64,000 bases of DNA from Eledone cirrhosa (Eukaryota). Below are positions 12,906 to 29,071 of this stretch, one piece after another. A program made the translations under genes and the position numbers. Within the stretch, counting starts at the first letter, position 1; each line of letters starts with the position of its first letter. The DNA lies in the NCBI GenBank assembly GCA_964016885.1, contig OZ024745.1, positions 20,770,001 to 20,834,000 on the forward strand, written 5' to 3'. The notes beneath the pieces are model-generated. The model was not told the DNA's origin and did not search any database. It worked only from the letters and a program-made list of their open reading frames with translations.

Positions 12906-12960
12906 TATTTTGTCTGATGAAGACGTACTGCTGTACATCCGAAATATGTATAATAAAATG
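12906..12960 (+). ncRNA. Type I minimal hammerhead ribozyme (right arm)
   Basis: tattttgt-CTGATGA(12914-12920)-agacgtac tgct gtacatcc-GAAA(12941-12944)-tatgta-TA-ataaaatg. Confidence 0.8.
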
Positions 12961-13001
12961 TAATTGATCAACAGAACATCTATTTTATTAATACTTATAT
13001 T

Positions 13002-13331
<330 letters not shown>

Positions 13332-13539
13332 ACACACACATATATATATATATACGCACACACATATATATGCCTATACATATATGTATGTAAATATGTA
13401 TGTAAGTATGTGTGTATATATATATATGTGTGTGTAAGTGTGTTTTTAAACACACGTTCTAATATTACAGCTACAGTCTAAGGTAAAGGTTTCGAAACGT
13501 TGTTTGCCACTAGAAATGGAGCAGTAACACCAATTTAAC

Positions 13540-13950
13540 ATGTCAGTACTCCTTCCTAGCTGGAACCCAGCGGGGCTGGATCGAGAGGACAGACCAAACG
13601 GCATGACAATCTTCCCGTTCCACGGTGGTAGGTCTCTCACCTGGGATGCTACATTGGCGACACTCCCCAGCGGCAATCAGGTGTGCACGGCTACCACCCA
13701 GGCTTTCTGGTCCGCCAAGCCAAAGTGGTTAAACTGTCGCAGTATCGGACGCTCTCTGATTAGGTTGAGCCTGTGACAGGGGAGACTTCCACCATTCTTG
13801 GCCTCCATAGCAGATCCCTACTCACTGTTATCGGAGTGGTGTTGTCTAACGACTAGAGCAAGACCCACAAGTTGGAATGGCTGATCCAGCTCATATCCCT
13901 CGCCCTCATCCGGAGCGATGTCTTCTCCATCGTGTCCACTGGAACCAGGT
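13540..13950 (+). mobile_element. Degenerate CRE-like non-LTR retrotransposon 3' end (restriction-like endonuclease)
   Basis: PAGLDREDRPNGMTIFPFHGGRSLTWDAT matches the RLE motif RPDGxTxxPWxxGRxLxWDxT; downstream QLISLALIRSD resembles QRISxAxQRGN. Confidence 0.7.
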
Positions 13951-14095
13951 AATGGACTAACCCTTCAATGGGAGGTAAGTTGTCAACTTATGTACATAAG
14001 GAAGTAATATTAGTTGACGTGAATATTTTGTTATGTGCAATAGTAAAATATAGATGAGTATATGTTAAGAATCCTCTGTCACGAATAACCACTGT

Positions 14096-15830
14096 TAATA
14101 GTAGTGGTTGTGGTGGTATTTAGTGTCGTACTGGTGGTCGTAGTAGTAGTAGTAATAGTAGTGGTTGTGGTGGTATTTGGTGTCCTACTGGTGGTCGTAG
14201 TGGTAGTAGTAATAGTAGTGGTTGTGGTGGTATTTGGTGTCCTACTGGTGGTCGTAGTGGTAGTAGTAATAGTAGTGGTTGTGGTGGTATTTGGTGTCGT
14301 ACTGGTAGTCGTAGTGGTAGTAGTAATAGTAGTGGTTGTGGTGGTATTTAGTGTCGTACTGGTAGTCGTAGTGGTAGTAGTAATAGTAGTGGTTGTGGTG
14401 GTATTTAGTGTCGTACTGGTAGTCGTAGTGGTAGTAGTAATAGTAGTGGTTGTGGTGGTATTTGGTGTCGTACTGGTGGTCGTAGTGGTAGTAGTAATAG
14501 TAGTGGTTGTGGTGGTATTTGGTGTCCTACTGGTGGTCGTAGTGGTAGTAGTAATAGTAGTGGTTGTGGTGGTATTTGGTGTCGTACTGGTAGTCGTAGT
14601 GGTAGTAGTAATAGTAGTGGTTGTGGTGGTATTTGGTGTCGTACTGGTAGTCGTAGTGGTAGTAGTAATAGTAGTGGTTGTGGTGGTATTTAGTGTCGTA
14701 CTGGTAGTCGTAGTGGTAGTAGTAATAGTAGTGGTTGTGGTGGTATTTGGTGTCGTACTGGTGGTCGTAGTGGTAGTAGTAATAGTAGTGGTTGTGGTGG
14801 TATTTGGTGTCCTACTGGTGGTCGTAGTGGTAGTAGTAATAGTAGTGGTTGTGGTGGTATTTGGTGTCCTACTGGTGGTCGTAGTGGTAGTAGTAATAGT
14901 AGTGGTTGTGTTGGTATTTGGTGTCGTACTGGTGGTCGTAGTGGTAGTAGTAATAGTAGTGGTTGTGGTGGTATTTGGTGTCCTACTGGTGGTCGTAGTG
15001 GTAGTAGTAATAGTAGTGGTTGTGGTGGTATTTGGTGTCGTACTGGTGGTCGTAGTGGTAGTAGTAATAGTAGTGGTTGTGGTGGTATTTGGTGTCCTAC
15101 TGGTGGTCGTAGTGGTAGTAGTAATAGTAGTGGTTGTGGTGGTATTTGGTGTCGTACTGGTGGTCGTAGTGGTAGTAGTAATAGTAGTGGTTGTGGTGGT
15201 ATTTGGTGTCCTACTGGTGGTCGTAGTGGTAGTAGTAATAGTAGTGGTTGTGGTGGTATTTGGTGTCGTACTGGTGGTCGTAGTGGTAGTAGTAATAGTA
15301 GTGGTTGTGGTGGTATTTGGTGTCCTACTGGTGGTCGTAGTGGTAGTAGTAATAGTAGTGGTTGTGGTGGTATTTGGTGTCGTACTGGTGGTCGTAGTGG
15401 TAGTAGTAATAGTAGTGGTTGTGGTGGTATTTGGTGTCCTACTGGTGGTCGTAGTGGTAGTAGTAATAGTAGTGGTTGTGGTGGTATTTGGTGTCGTACT
15501 GGTGGTCGTAGTGGTAGTAGTAATAGTAGTGGTTGTGGTGGTATTTGGTGTCGTACGGGTGGTCGTAGTGGTAGTAGTAATAGTTGTGGTTGTGGTGGTA
15601 TTTGGTGTCGTACTGGTGGTCGTAGTGGTAGTGGTAATAGTTGTGGTTGTGGTGGTATTTGGTGTCGTACTGGTGGTCGTAGTGGTAGTAGTAATAGTTG
15701 TGATTGTTGTGGTGGTGATGGTTATTATGTTTATTGTGGTGGTGGTGGTAGTGGTAGTGATAGTAGTGGTGGTGATGGTGGTAGTGATAGTAGTGGTGGT
15801 GGTGGTGGTAGTGATAGTAGTGCTGCTGGT
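14096..15830. repeat. 57-bp minisatellite (about 28 copies) with a degenerate GTG/GTA tail
   Basis: Unit gtaatagtagtggttgtggtggtatttggtgtcgtactggtggtcgtagtggtagta; the minus strand reads as Thr-rich TTTTTTTSTTPNTTTTTTI. Confidence 0.97.
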
Positions 15831-15872
15831 GCTCGTGAGAAAAACAAACACATAGCAGTGTGATATTTATTT

Positions 15873-15980
15873 AAGGAGTATGTAGAGAAAATACTTGCTT
15901 AAGGGGTATGTAGAGAAAATACTTGCTTAAGGGGTATGTAGAGAAAATACTTGCTTAAGGGGTATGTAGAGAAAATACTG
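15873..15980. repeat. 28-bp tandem repeat, about 3.8 copies
   Basis: Unit aaggggtatgtagagaaaatacttgctt. Confidence 0.9.
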
Positions 15981-16079
15981 ATTGTTTAACAATGAAGTTT
16001 CCAATGTTAATACAGAAGAGACTGAAAAGATATGGAGTGAAAATGATAATTCCTGTATGTATGTATGTATGTATGTATG

Positions 16080-16113
<34 letters not shown>

Positions 16114-16155
16114 TGTATGTATGTATGTATGTATATATATATGTATGTATATATA

Positions 16156-16520
16156 GGAAAACTCTGATATAACACCTGCAACCCTGATGGTATCCAATGA
16201 TGTTGACTTGTTCTTCTTTTTGGTAAATATTATCTTGGTTAAGAGAGTGGGACTGGCTTTGTGCAGTGCCTTTGCTCACTATAAAAGCTTCACGGCACAG
16301 GCATTGCTTTATATCTGGAGATCTCTCTGCACTTGTCGTCACATGGTACCATTGGCCCAGCACTATGTGTCAATAATTGTCACAGGTGTAGTGTTTGTAC
16401 CAGAGTTTTCAAGTCGCTGGCTGGACTAAAAAGTCACACTCGTTCAGCGCATTAGTAGGGGTTCTCCTACATGGATATAAAGTAGTGGCCGTACTCGAAA
16501 ACGAGTTGGCAGCCACCATG
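16156..16520 (+). mobile_element. 5'-truncated copy of an RTE-like non-autonomous element
   Basis: Highly similar to 17160-17522; ends in (ATGT)n. Confidence 0.7.
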
Positions 16521-16928
16521 TATGTATGTATGCATGTATGTATGTATGAATGTATGTATGTATGTTATCTCTTTCTCTTAATTTCGAGTATATTTTTTTG
16601 ACCGGCCACCTTCCTGGTGGCAAGGTTATAAAAGAAAAGAAATTGTCATCCCTTGAATCGCAAGAATATTTTGCAAATTTTGAAGGTGCCAGCTGTCACA
16701 GCCATTTGTAGACTATGAATTAGGGAGCTGCGCTTTTTGTCCGCAAATCCAAGTTCATGTATGTATGTATGTATGTATGTATGTATGTATGTATGTATGT
16801 ATGTATGTATGTATGTATGTGTGTGTGTATGTATGTATGTATGTATGTATGTATGTATGTATGTATGTATGTATGTATGCATGCATGTATGCATGTATGT
16901 ATGTATGTATGTGTATGTATGTATGTAT

Positions 16929-17522
16929 GGTGCTACTGGTAACATGTATCCCAGTACAACCTGTCCTATGGTCGGGTTGTTGGCGACTAAACTGGCAACC
17001 CCACCAAGTTTTCTTGGTGAAGAGGGTGACTTTGGACATCCTGCCGGACTAAAAACAAAACCTGTCAAAGGGCAAAGGAGCTCTTAAGAGTCAATGGCCA
17101 TCCAAAATCACCAGGAGTGATGACCCCTTAGCCTTTATCAAGGCAGAATTCTAGGACAAGGAAAACTCTGATATAACACCTGCAACCCTGATGGTATCCA
17201 ATGATGTTGACTTGTTCTTCTTTTTGGTAAATATCATCTTGGTTAAGAGAGTGGGACTGGGTTTGTGCAGTGCCTTTGCTCACTATAAAAGCTTCACGGC
17301 ACAGGCATTGCTTTATATCTGGAGATCTCTCTCACTTGTCGTCACATGGTACCATGGGCCCAGCACTATGTGTCAATAATTGTCACAAGTGTAGTGTTTG
17401 TACCAGAGTTTTCAAGTCGCTGGCTGGATTAAAAAGTCACACTTGTTCAGCGCATCGGTAGGGGTTCTCCTACATGGATATAAAGTAGTGGCCGCACTCG
17501 AAAACGAGTTGGCAGCCACCAT
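16929..17522 (+). mobile_element. RTE-like LINE-derived short element
   Basis: C-terminal C2H2-like remnant CSVCTRVFKSLAGLKSH..H*, short 3' UTR and ATGT-type tail; 5' part carries ggaaaactctga; flanked by (ATGT)n. Confidence 0.6.
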
Positions 17523-17749
17523 GTGTGTATATATGTATGTATGTATATATGTATATATGTATGGATATATGTATGTATGTATATATATATATGTGCGTAT
17601 GTGTGTGTGTGTATGTGTGTGTGTGTGTGTAAATGTGTGCTACGTATAATAAAACTAATGAATGTACAGAGAGAAGTAGAGAGAGAGACTGGAAGTAAGT
17701 TAAAGAGAGAAAGAAGACGGTGTGAGTAAATGTATGAGAAAGATGAATA

Positions 17750-17840
17750 CAGGATACAGAGGGAGGGAGAGAGAGAGGAGGTAGGATAGATAGAGGAATG
17801 GAGAGAGAGAGAGAGATAGAGAGGAGTAGGATAGATAGAG

Positions 17841-17930
<90 letters not shown>

Positions 17931-18305
17931 GGATAGATAGAGGAATGGAGAGAGAGAGAACGAATGGTATGATTAGTGAAAGTTGGAAAAGGTGAACAAA
18001 GTGGAGACAGTGGTGATGGAGGAATGTACGACACCGAAGAAAGAAAATGAGAAAGAAAGAAATGGAAGAAGAAGAAGAAGAAGAAGAAGAAGAAGAAGAA
18101 AAATAAAAATAAAAATAAAAATAAAAATAAAAATAAAAATAAAAAGAAAAATAAAAATAAATTAAAAATAAAAATAAAAATAAAAATAAAAATAAAAATA
18201 AAAATAAAAATAAAAATAAAAATAAAAGTAAAAGTAAAAAATAAAAATAAAAAAAATAAAAATAAAAAAAAATAAAAATAAAAAATAAAATAAAAATAAA
18301 ATAAA

Positions 18306-18336
<31 letters not shown>

Positions 18337-18346
18337 TAAAAATAAA

Positions 18347-18377
<31 letters not shown>

Positions 18378-18472
18378 TAAAAATAAAAATAAAAATAAAA
18401 ATAAAAATAAAAATAAAAATAAAAATAAAAATAAAAAATAAAAATAAAAATAAAAATAAAAATAAAAATAAA

Positions 18473-18503
<31 letters not shown>

Positions 18504-18535
18504 GAAAAAGAAAAAGAAAAGAGAAAAGAAAAGAA

Positions 18536-18569
<34 letters not shown>

Positions 18570-19144
18570 AGAAGAAGAAGAAGAAGAAGAAGAAGAAGAA
18601 GAAGAAGAAGAAGAAGAAGAGATATTGGGAAAAATGAAGTGGCATATGCGGAAAGAGAGTTTGATGGATGAAGATGGAGAATGTCTGGTAGACTTGGTTA
18701 AAGATTTAAGAAAGAGAAGATGGAGAAAAGGAAGAGGTTGAGAGAGAATTTGAGGAACGAAGGATTGAAAGAAAGAAAGAAAGAAAGAAAGAATGTGTGG
18801 AAATAGATAACGAAACGAGTAAAGGAAAGTGTTTAATTAGAAGAAGAGAGAAAAGAAAGAGAGTGAGGAGAAAGAAGGTATATAAATGTAATGAAGAAAC
18901 AGGTAGGGGTTGGAGTGTGAGAGAGGAACTAATGAAGTGGAAGGGCGGAGAGAATATAAATGTGAGGATGGGGGAAAATGTAGAAATAGCAGAACGACCA
19001 ACAATGTCGGAATGAGAATAAAGGAGAGGGACAGAAAGGGAGATAATGAATGGAACAACTATTTAAAATGGCAGATGAAACGATGAGAAGAAGATAAAAA
19101 GGGTAGCGAGAGAGAGAGTGAGAGAGGTGAAGAGACGGAAGAGA

Positions 19145-19192
<48 letters not shown>

Positions 19193-19349
19193 GAAAGGAA
19201 AGGAGAGAAATGGAGAGAGATAGAGAGAGATAATGAATTGTACAAATGTTTAAAATGGCAGACGAAAGAAGAGAGGAAGACAAAAGATAGGAGAACGAGA
19301 GAAAGGGGAGAGGGAAAAAGTAAGAGAGAGAGAGAGAGAGGGAGAGAGA

Positions 19350-19417
<68 letters not shown>

Positions 19418-19541
19418 GGCAGAGAGAGAGAGAGAGAAAGAGAGACAGATAATCAATGGTACAAATGTTTAAAATGGCAGACAAAACAAGAGAGGAAGGA
19501 AAAAGGGGAGAAAGAAAGAGAGGAGAGTAGGAGAGTGAGAT

Positions 19542-19605
<64 letters not shown>

Positions 19606-19726
19606 TGAATGGTTGAAATGTTTAAAATGGCAGATGAAAGAAGAAAGAAAAAGAAAAGGGGAAACAGAGATATAAATAGATAGAGATGGAGAGGATGAAA
19701 GGTGAAGAGAAACGGAGAGAGCGAGC

Positions 19727-19760
<34 letters not shown>
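17750..19760. repeat. Purine-rich compound satellite region
   Basis: (GA)n, (GAA)n and (AAAAT/AAAAAT)n at 18100-18500; motif gataatgaatggtacaaatgtttaaaatggcaga recurs at about 19042, 19229, 19448 and 19601. Confidence 0.9.
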
Positions 19761-19919
19761 CGGTGTGTAAGAGAAAGAGAAGGAGAATGATTGGTACCGA
19801 TATTTAATATGGAAGATGAAGAGTGAGAAATGGGGAAGATGTTATTGATGAAATTGTACGGAAATTAAGATAAAGTGAAGAGAAAATGCGAGAAAGCGAA
19901 GGGGGGGGGGATTTGCAAG

Positions 19920-22720
<2,801 letters not shown>

Positions 22721-22994
22721 GGCACCATGGCTTGAAAAAAATAATTGCAAAACGAAAACATGAAACAAAAGAATGTAAATGATAAAAGCAAATTTTGAAA
22801 TTGTTAATGACTTGATGAAAGAATTTCTCGAAATAGGAATTTCTAGAAATTTCGATTCTCTAGCGAATGGAACTGTAGGTGATGTAGAAGATTGGGTGAA
22901 CGTGGAATGATCGAGGGTGAGGATATTATGTCTTTTGCCATCGTCAACCACACACTACACATCACACATCATACATCATATATATATATGTATG

Positions 22995-23029
<35 letters not shown>

Positions 23030-23042
23030 ATATAATATATAT

Positions 23043-23725
23043 CCGGATAAACTGTAAAACTAGAAACGTAGTCTATAGTATAAGATGTACAGAGGGTACT
23101 TTCAGAAACATGACAACAATATACATAGGCGAGACAGCTCGTAGCATAGGTGAAATGATAGACCAACACTGGGGGGAACTAAAAAGACGAAAAACGGTTC
23201 AGTACTATACAAACATGCCAGACAACAACACAACGGTAACATAGACAACATAGAAATTAGAATAATATCTAAACGTAGAAATGACCCAGCAGATAGGCAA
23301 TCAGAGAGGCCAGAGAAATAGAACTTAGAAGGCCAAGGCTAAATAGAAAAAACGAATGGAATAACAACAACACCCAAACAAACAACACGGACCTAAGAGA
23401 AGTATAAATAAATAAATAAATAAATAAATAAACAGACTAAATAAAGATGGCGTAGACATACAATAGACGGGAGGAGACATAATAGCACCACTGACGATGT
23501 TGCAGATGTGCAACGAAAGAACTTTGCTAGACTATATATATGTGTTTGTGTCTATATTGTATCTGTATTTTTGACAGTTGGTCAGTCAATGGTAACATTG
23601 AGGACCGAATAAATTAAATTAACCAATATAAAAGACACAGAAGCGAAAACCAACCAAACAGTGAGTGTGTTCTGTTATTAATCCTGGCAATATTATTACA
23701 CAAATATGACCCTCCCCAAGTATAA
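23043..23725 (+). mobile_element. Penelope-like element 3' fragment (GIY-YIG endonuclease and tail)
   Basis: RINCKTRNVVYSIRC..IYIGETARSIGE..H, then frameshifted SVLYKH..H..REA..LNRKNEW; flanked by (TA)n. Confidence 0.88.
23483..23529 (+). ncRNA. Hammerhead ribozyme motif in the PLE tail
   Basis: tagca-cca-CTGACGA(23491-23497)-t-gttgca gatg tgcaac-GAAA(23515-23518)-gaac-TT-tgcta; stem I imperfect. Confidence 0.7.
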
Positions 23726-24017
23726 CAATATATATATATATATATACCATATATAAAATGTCGGCAGTCTTATTTGCCCTCGTCATAAACATTATCATAC
23801 AAAAATATCTTTAGTTCTCGACATCCACCGTAGTTAGATCTGTCACTACTATCATTAAATACCATCGACAACATTAGGACAATATTCACTACACATCACC
23901 ACCATCACCACCATTATCGCACCACCACCACCATCACCAACACCACCACAACCATCACTATCATCACCATCACTACCACAGTAAGTAAGGTACTCGATAC
24001 ATAGCAGAGTAAAAGAT

Positions 24018-24233
24018 TTTAATATAGAAATGGCTTCTACAGGACTAGAACTGTTTCATTCAAGAACTTAGCTTGAATTCTTTACAGTTTTTAAAGAATT
24101 CCACCCATCCCATTCACCAGCCTCTCCTACCACCAGAAAAGGTATACATATCACCCTGTTACATGGACAGTCAGTTTCCTGCTGATTTCTCCCGAATGAA
24201 ACAGTTCCAGTCCTGTAGAAGCCATTTCTATAT

Positions 24234-24237
<4 letters not shown>
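24018..24237. repeat. Element with 44-bp inverted arms
   Basis: 24018-24061 is the reverse complement of 24194-24237; the same arm occurs at about 6409-6452. Confidence 0.8.
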
Positions 24238-24310
<73 letters not shown>

Positions 24311-24380
24311 TATCCAGTGAATTTCCAACCGATAAGGTATGATTTTCATGGGTACGTCTCTATTTATAAAACAAACTTTG

Positions 24381-24445
24381 TATTTTATCTGATGAAAGCG
24401 CACCAATGGTGTCTTGGCTACCCTTGAAATATATATAATAAAATA
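24381..24445 (+). ncRNA. Type I minimal hammerhead ribozyme, same stem I as the 6210 motif
   Basis: tattttat-CTGATGA(24389-24395)-aag..ctt-GAAA(24426-24429)-tatata-TA-ataaaata; stem I extended by tatttataaaac/gttttataaata. Confidence 0.75.
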
Positions 24446-24489
24446 AATATGGTTTTATAAATATAGTTTCCATTTATTTAATATCATAG

Positions 24490-24545
<56 letters not shown>

Positions 24546-24595
24546 AGGGTGTGTGGTGTGTGACTGTGTGTGTATGTGTGACTGTGTGTGCGTGC

Positions 24596-24627
<32 letters not shown>

Positions 24628-24730
24628 GAACGTATATATAGTATTTTTCAATACACTGTATGCTTAATTAAAAGCATTTCGGAGACATTACGCTATTGTT
24701 TTAGAGTAGTGACAGTCTCACTTACTTTAA

Positions 24731-24825
24731 ATTTTCAGCAAACAGGGGAGATAAAGCTGACAGAGCTCTGTTTCGTACTTTTTGGTACTTATCAAAGCTA
24801 AGTACTCCACCTGTTTGCTGAAAAT
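24731..24825 (-). ncRNA. Decayed hammerhead (core TTGATAA)
   Basis: Minus strand: long stem I attttcagcaaacagg..agct-TTGATAA-gtac caaaaa gtac-GAAA-cagagctctg-TC-agct..cctgtttgctgaaaat; lies inside an element with inverted ends at about 24625-24925. Confidence 0.65.
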
Positions 24826-25061
24826 CATGAATGTTTGATTCTTATAGAATTCTAGGAATAATCGAAATACTTTTAATTAAGCATACACTGTATTGCAAAA
24901 TACACTATATATACATTCATATATATATCGCTATTTCAGAGCACCAATTCTAATTTTCAAGTTCTGCTTGACCGGCAACTGCTCTGTATAATCAGTTCCT
25001 GATTATTACTAGAATTCTATAAGAAACGGCTTGAGCTCTGCGGTCGGGGTTGAACTTTTTC

Positions 25062-25092
<31 letters not shown>

Positions 25093-25396
25093 GTAGTAAC
25101 AAGTGTGGTGTCTACCATAATGTGTTTTATATAGACTCCAGACTCAGTGTGTTTGTCATTAATTGAATATTTCTCAGGTGAGAATGAAGACAACTAATGA
25201 TTATAATAACGATGATGGTGATAACAATAAGTAGAAGAAAAGAAATGAATAAATAAGTAAAAATTATAAGAAATTTCAATGAAAAAATCAGATTTTACTC
25301 AAATAAAATCAAAAGAATTTAAGTCAATACATTACATTGAATATTCAATTTGAGGTATTGAACAATAGATCAGAGTAATTCTTTTATATATATATA

Positions 25397-25581
<185 letters not shown>

Positions 25582-25584
25582 TAC

Positions 25585-25847
<263 letters not shown>

Positions 25848-25881
25848 TATGTATATATATATATATGTATACATATATATA

Positions 25882-25922
<41 letters not shown>

Positions 25923-26027
25923 GAATTACTCTGATCTATTGTTCATTACCTCAAATTGAATATATATATGTATGTATATATATATATATATATATAAATA
26001 CATATATATATATGTATATATAAATAC

Positions 26028-26059
<32 letters not shown>

Positions 26060-26065
26060 CTATAC

Positions 26066-26103
<38 letters not shown>

Positions 26104-26108
26104 CCATA

Positions 26109-26164
<56 letters not shown>

Positions 26165-26223
26165 CATATATATATATGTATATATAAATACATATATATA
26201 TATATATATGTATATATCTATAC

Positions 26224-26343
<120 letters not shown>

Positions 26344-26622
26344 TTATATGGTTTTATATATATATATAACCATATATATATACATATATATACATATATA
26401 TATATATAAACATAACGAAGGAGTTGTGGTAAGGAACCAGATGGACCATAACGCATCAGAGTACTCAATACTTAGGGTAGTAGAGTGGGTAATAGGAAAA
26501 TTCATGACCCCGATGGCAGAGAAATAGCCGTTGAAACGGCTTGATCTCTGCCATCGGGGGCATACATTTTTCCATATAAACACATATATATACACACATA
26601 TATGTATATACACACACACACC

Positions 26623-26697
<75 letters not shown>

Positions 26698-26701
<4 letters not shown>

Positions 26702-27330
26702 AAAGCTACTGCAGTGGATTATATGTTCTTGACATACAGATTCCAGCATGTTGTGGTTGGCGGAATACCATCAAGCTCAGCTAAATTTAGTAGTGGTGTC
26801 CTGCAAGGACCTGTATTGTGCACATTTCATTATTTATATCAGGCACATTATGACGTCATCAATCTCACCAAGATAAGAATTTTCGCAGTTGATTCTAAAC
26901 TCCAGATGGTTATCTACAGTGTGAGAGACAGGACATGTCTTCAAGCAGATCTTTTCGCTCTTATCTCATAGGTGACAAAAAAACAATATGCTACTAAACG
27001 AGGATAAATTTGAATTAATTCACTTTCGAAAAGAGGTGGCATTGAAGTTACCATAATCTTGTTCCTCAGATAAAACCTTCGTGGTATCAAACAGCACCAG
27101 AGACATTGGAGTAATTGGAGCAGTCACATAAACACCAAAGTTGACTTGGCTCGCACGATGTGTTCCTAGATTCTCAGAAATATTCGGTTTAGAAAAATTC
27201 ACACCATCCTCCTATTCTACTCGACCTCTGCCCGACTCCACCTTCAATACGAATGTTCAAAATGCTTTCCTCACACGAAACAACGTATTACGAAAATTGA
27301 AGCGCCCCAGAGGTCAATTACAACAAAATG
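26698..27330 (+). mobile_element. Degenerate CR1/L2-like LINE reverse transcriptase fragment
   Basis: [53 protein letters not shown], matching the GVPQGSVL, FADD and LQxDL motifs. Confidence 0.85.
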
Positions 27331-27715
27331 ATAGACGGCATCATACCAAAATACGTCAAAATAAAAACAGGTCCCTTTTATTTAGGCTTCCTGGAGAAAT
27401 TCTTCCAAGAAATCCCCGACAACCCTCCTACACACTACAGAAATAAAAGATGAAATAGAATGATATAGAGTGGGTAGATGAAGAAATGGAAATATATTTT
27501 TTAAAAGAAAAAGCACGTATGTATCTACTCAGCCATTTTTGAGAAATATATATATAGTTGTGCTCTAAGCAGTCGAAGTATTAGTTTGTGATGAATATAT
27601 ATCAATAGATAAACAGTACAGAGGTAACCGAGACTATATATATAAATTTACTCATTAAGTATTCAAACTTGTAAATGTGCCATATTTACTCGTTTCCTTG
27701 TAAATTGAAAAAATA

Positions 27716-27904
27716 ACTGTTTCTACTTTAGGCACAAGGCCAGCAATTACCCAGTGCATTACTGGTACTTTATTTTATCGACCCCGTAAGGATGAAAGGT
27801 AAAGTCAACCTCGGCGGGATTTGAACTCAGATTGTAATGGGACGTAGCTATGCTGGAAAGCATGGCGTCTGACTCTCTACCGATACTGCCAATCCACCGC
27901 CCTA
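27716..27904 (-). mobile_element. tRNA-headed SINE, same family as 10093-10285
   Basis: Reverse complement matches 10093-10285. Further minus-strand fragments lie near 30290-30430, 31190-31300 and 31634-31690. Confidence 0.85.
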
Positions 27905-27984
27905 AATTTAAAAAATAACGATAAGTATTTTGAATCGATTTCGTAACATTTTTGGGTCCTCAACTGAAAATATGTACTGCATTT

Positions 27985-28486
27985 GATGGCCTATAAAAGG
28001 CACCTTTTTTTTTAAAAGAACATGTTCCAGAAAATCACGCTGCGTCTTATAAGGTGAAGGGCCAGTTTGGGTTACTGGCTAGTGGAGTTCTAGTGCTGTA
28101 GTCACCCTTAAATCAAACCGTAAACATCTCCACAAATGCAAAAAAGGTGGCCATCGCTTTTTGTAAAAAGAAGCTACAATTTTAATAAATGTTATGATTA
28201 ATAAAGTAAATTTATTTTCACTTTCTTTTGTTTTAAAGATGTATTAAATATTTCAACAAAAATATGATGTAGAGAAAGAAAGAAATTTATTTTCACACTT
28301 CCTTATGTACTAAAAATGTACTAAAATATTACAACTAGAATTACAATGTAGAATGATAATAAAAAGACGATGTACAAACATTATACCCTTCACCCGACAT
28401 TGTAGTTTAAATTAATTAATTAATTAATTTATTTATTTAATACTTGTCCAAATTGCTGTGCGTCTTATCTGCTGACAAATACGGTA
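27985..28486. mobile_element. pogo/Tigger-like DNA transposon relic
   Basis: End tgcgtcttat..aaatacgg followed by TA, plus an internal tataaaaggcac..tgcgtcttata motif. Confidence 0.5.
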
Positions 28487-28606
28487 TATCAGACTACTAC
28501 CACTACTGTATCTACCCAGACACTCAGATGCATATATGTTCATTTACGCACTCTAAACCCCATTTTTATTATTATGGGAGTTTACAATATATATAAATGT
28601 CTGTTC

Positions 28607-28731
<125 letters not shown>

Positions 28732-28943
28732 TATATGTATGTACGTATGTGTGTATATATATATATATACGTGTGTGTGTGTGTGTGTGTGTGTGGTGTT
28801 TGTGTGTGTTTGTGTGGGTCTGTGTGTGTGTGTGCGTATTTTTATAGGTGTGTATGAGTATGTAAAAAGATAAAATATATCTATAACATACAAAAATGTT
28901 TATGCTTTACTATATGCCTGATGCTTTAACGTATGTATATGAG

Positions 28944-29071
<128 letters not shown>

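Larger units (their letters stand above)
12690..13010. repeat. Near-perfect palindrome of about 320 bp
   Basis: Centre at about 12851 (aatcatggtagtaccttgatt); arms about 160 bp. Confidence 0.95.

Noticed and set aside
22779-22910. Short unique ORF MIKANFEIVNDLMKEF..
   Set aside because: Only about 43 codons, with no recognisable motif or splice support.
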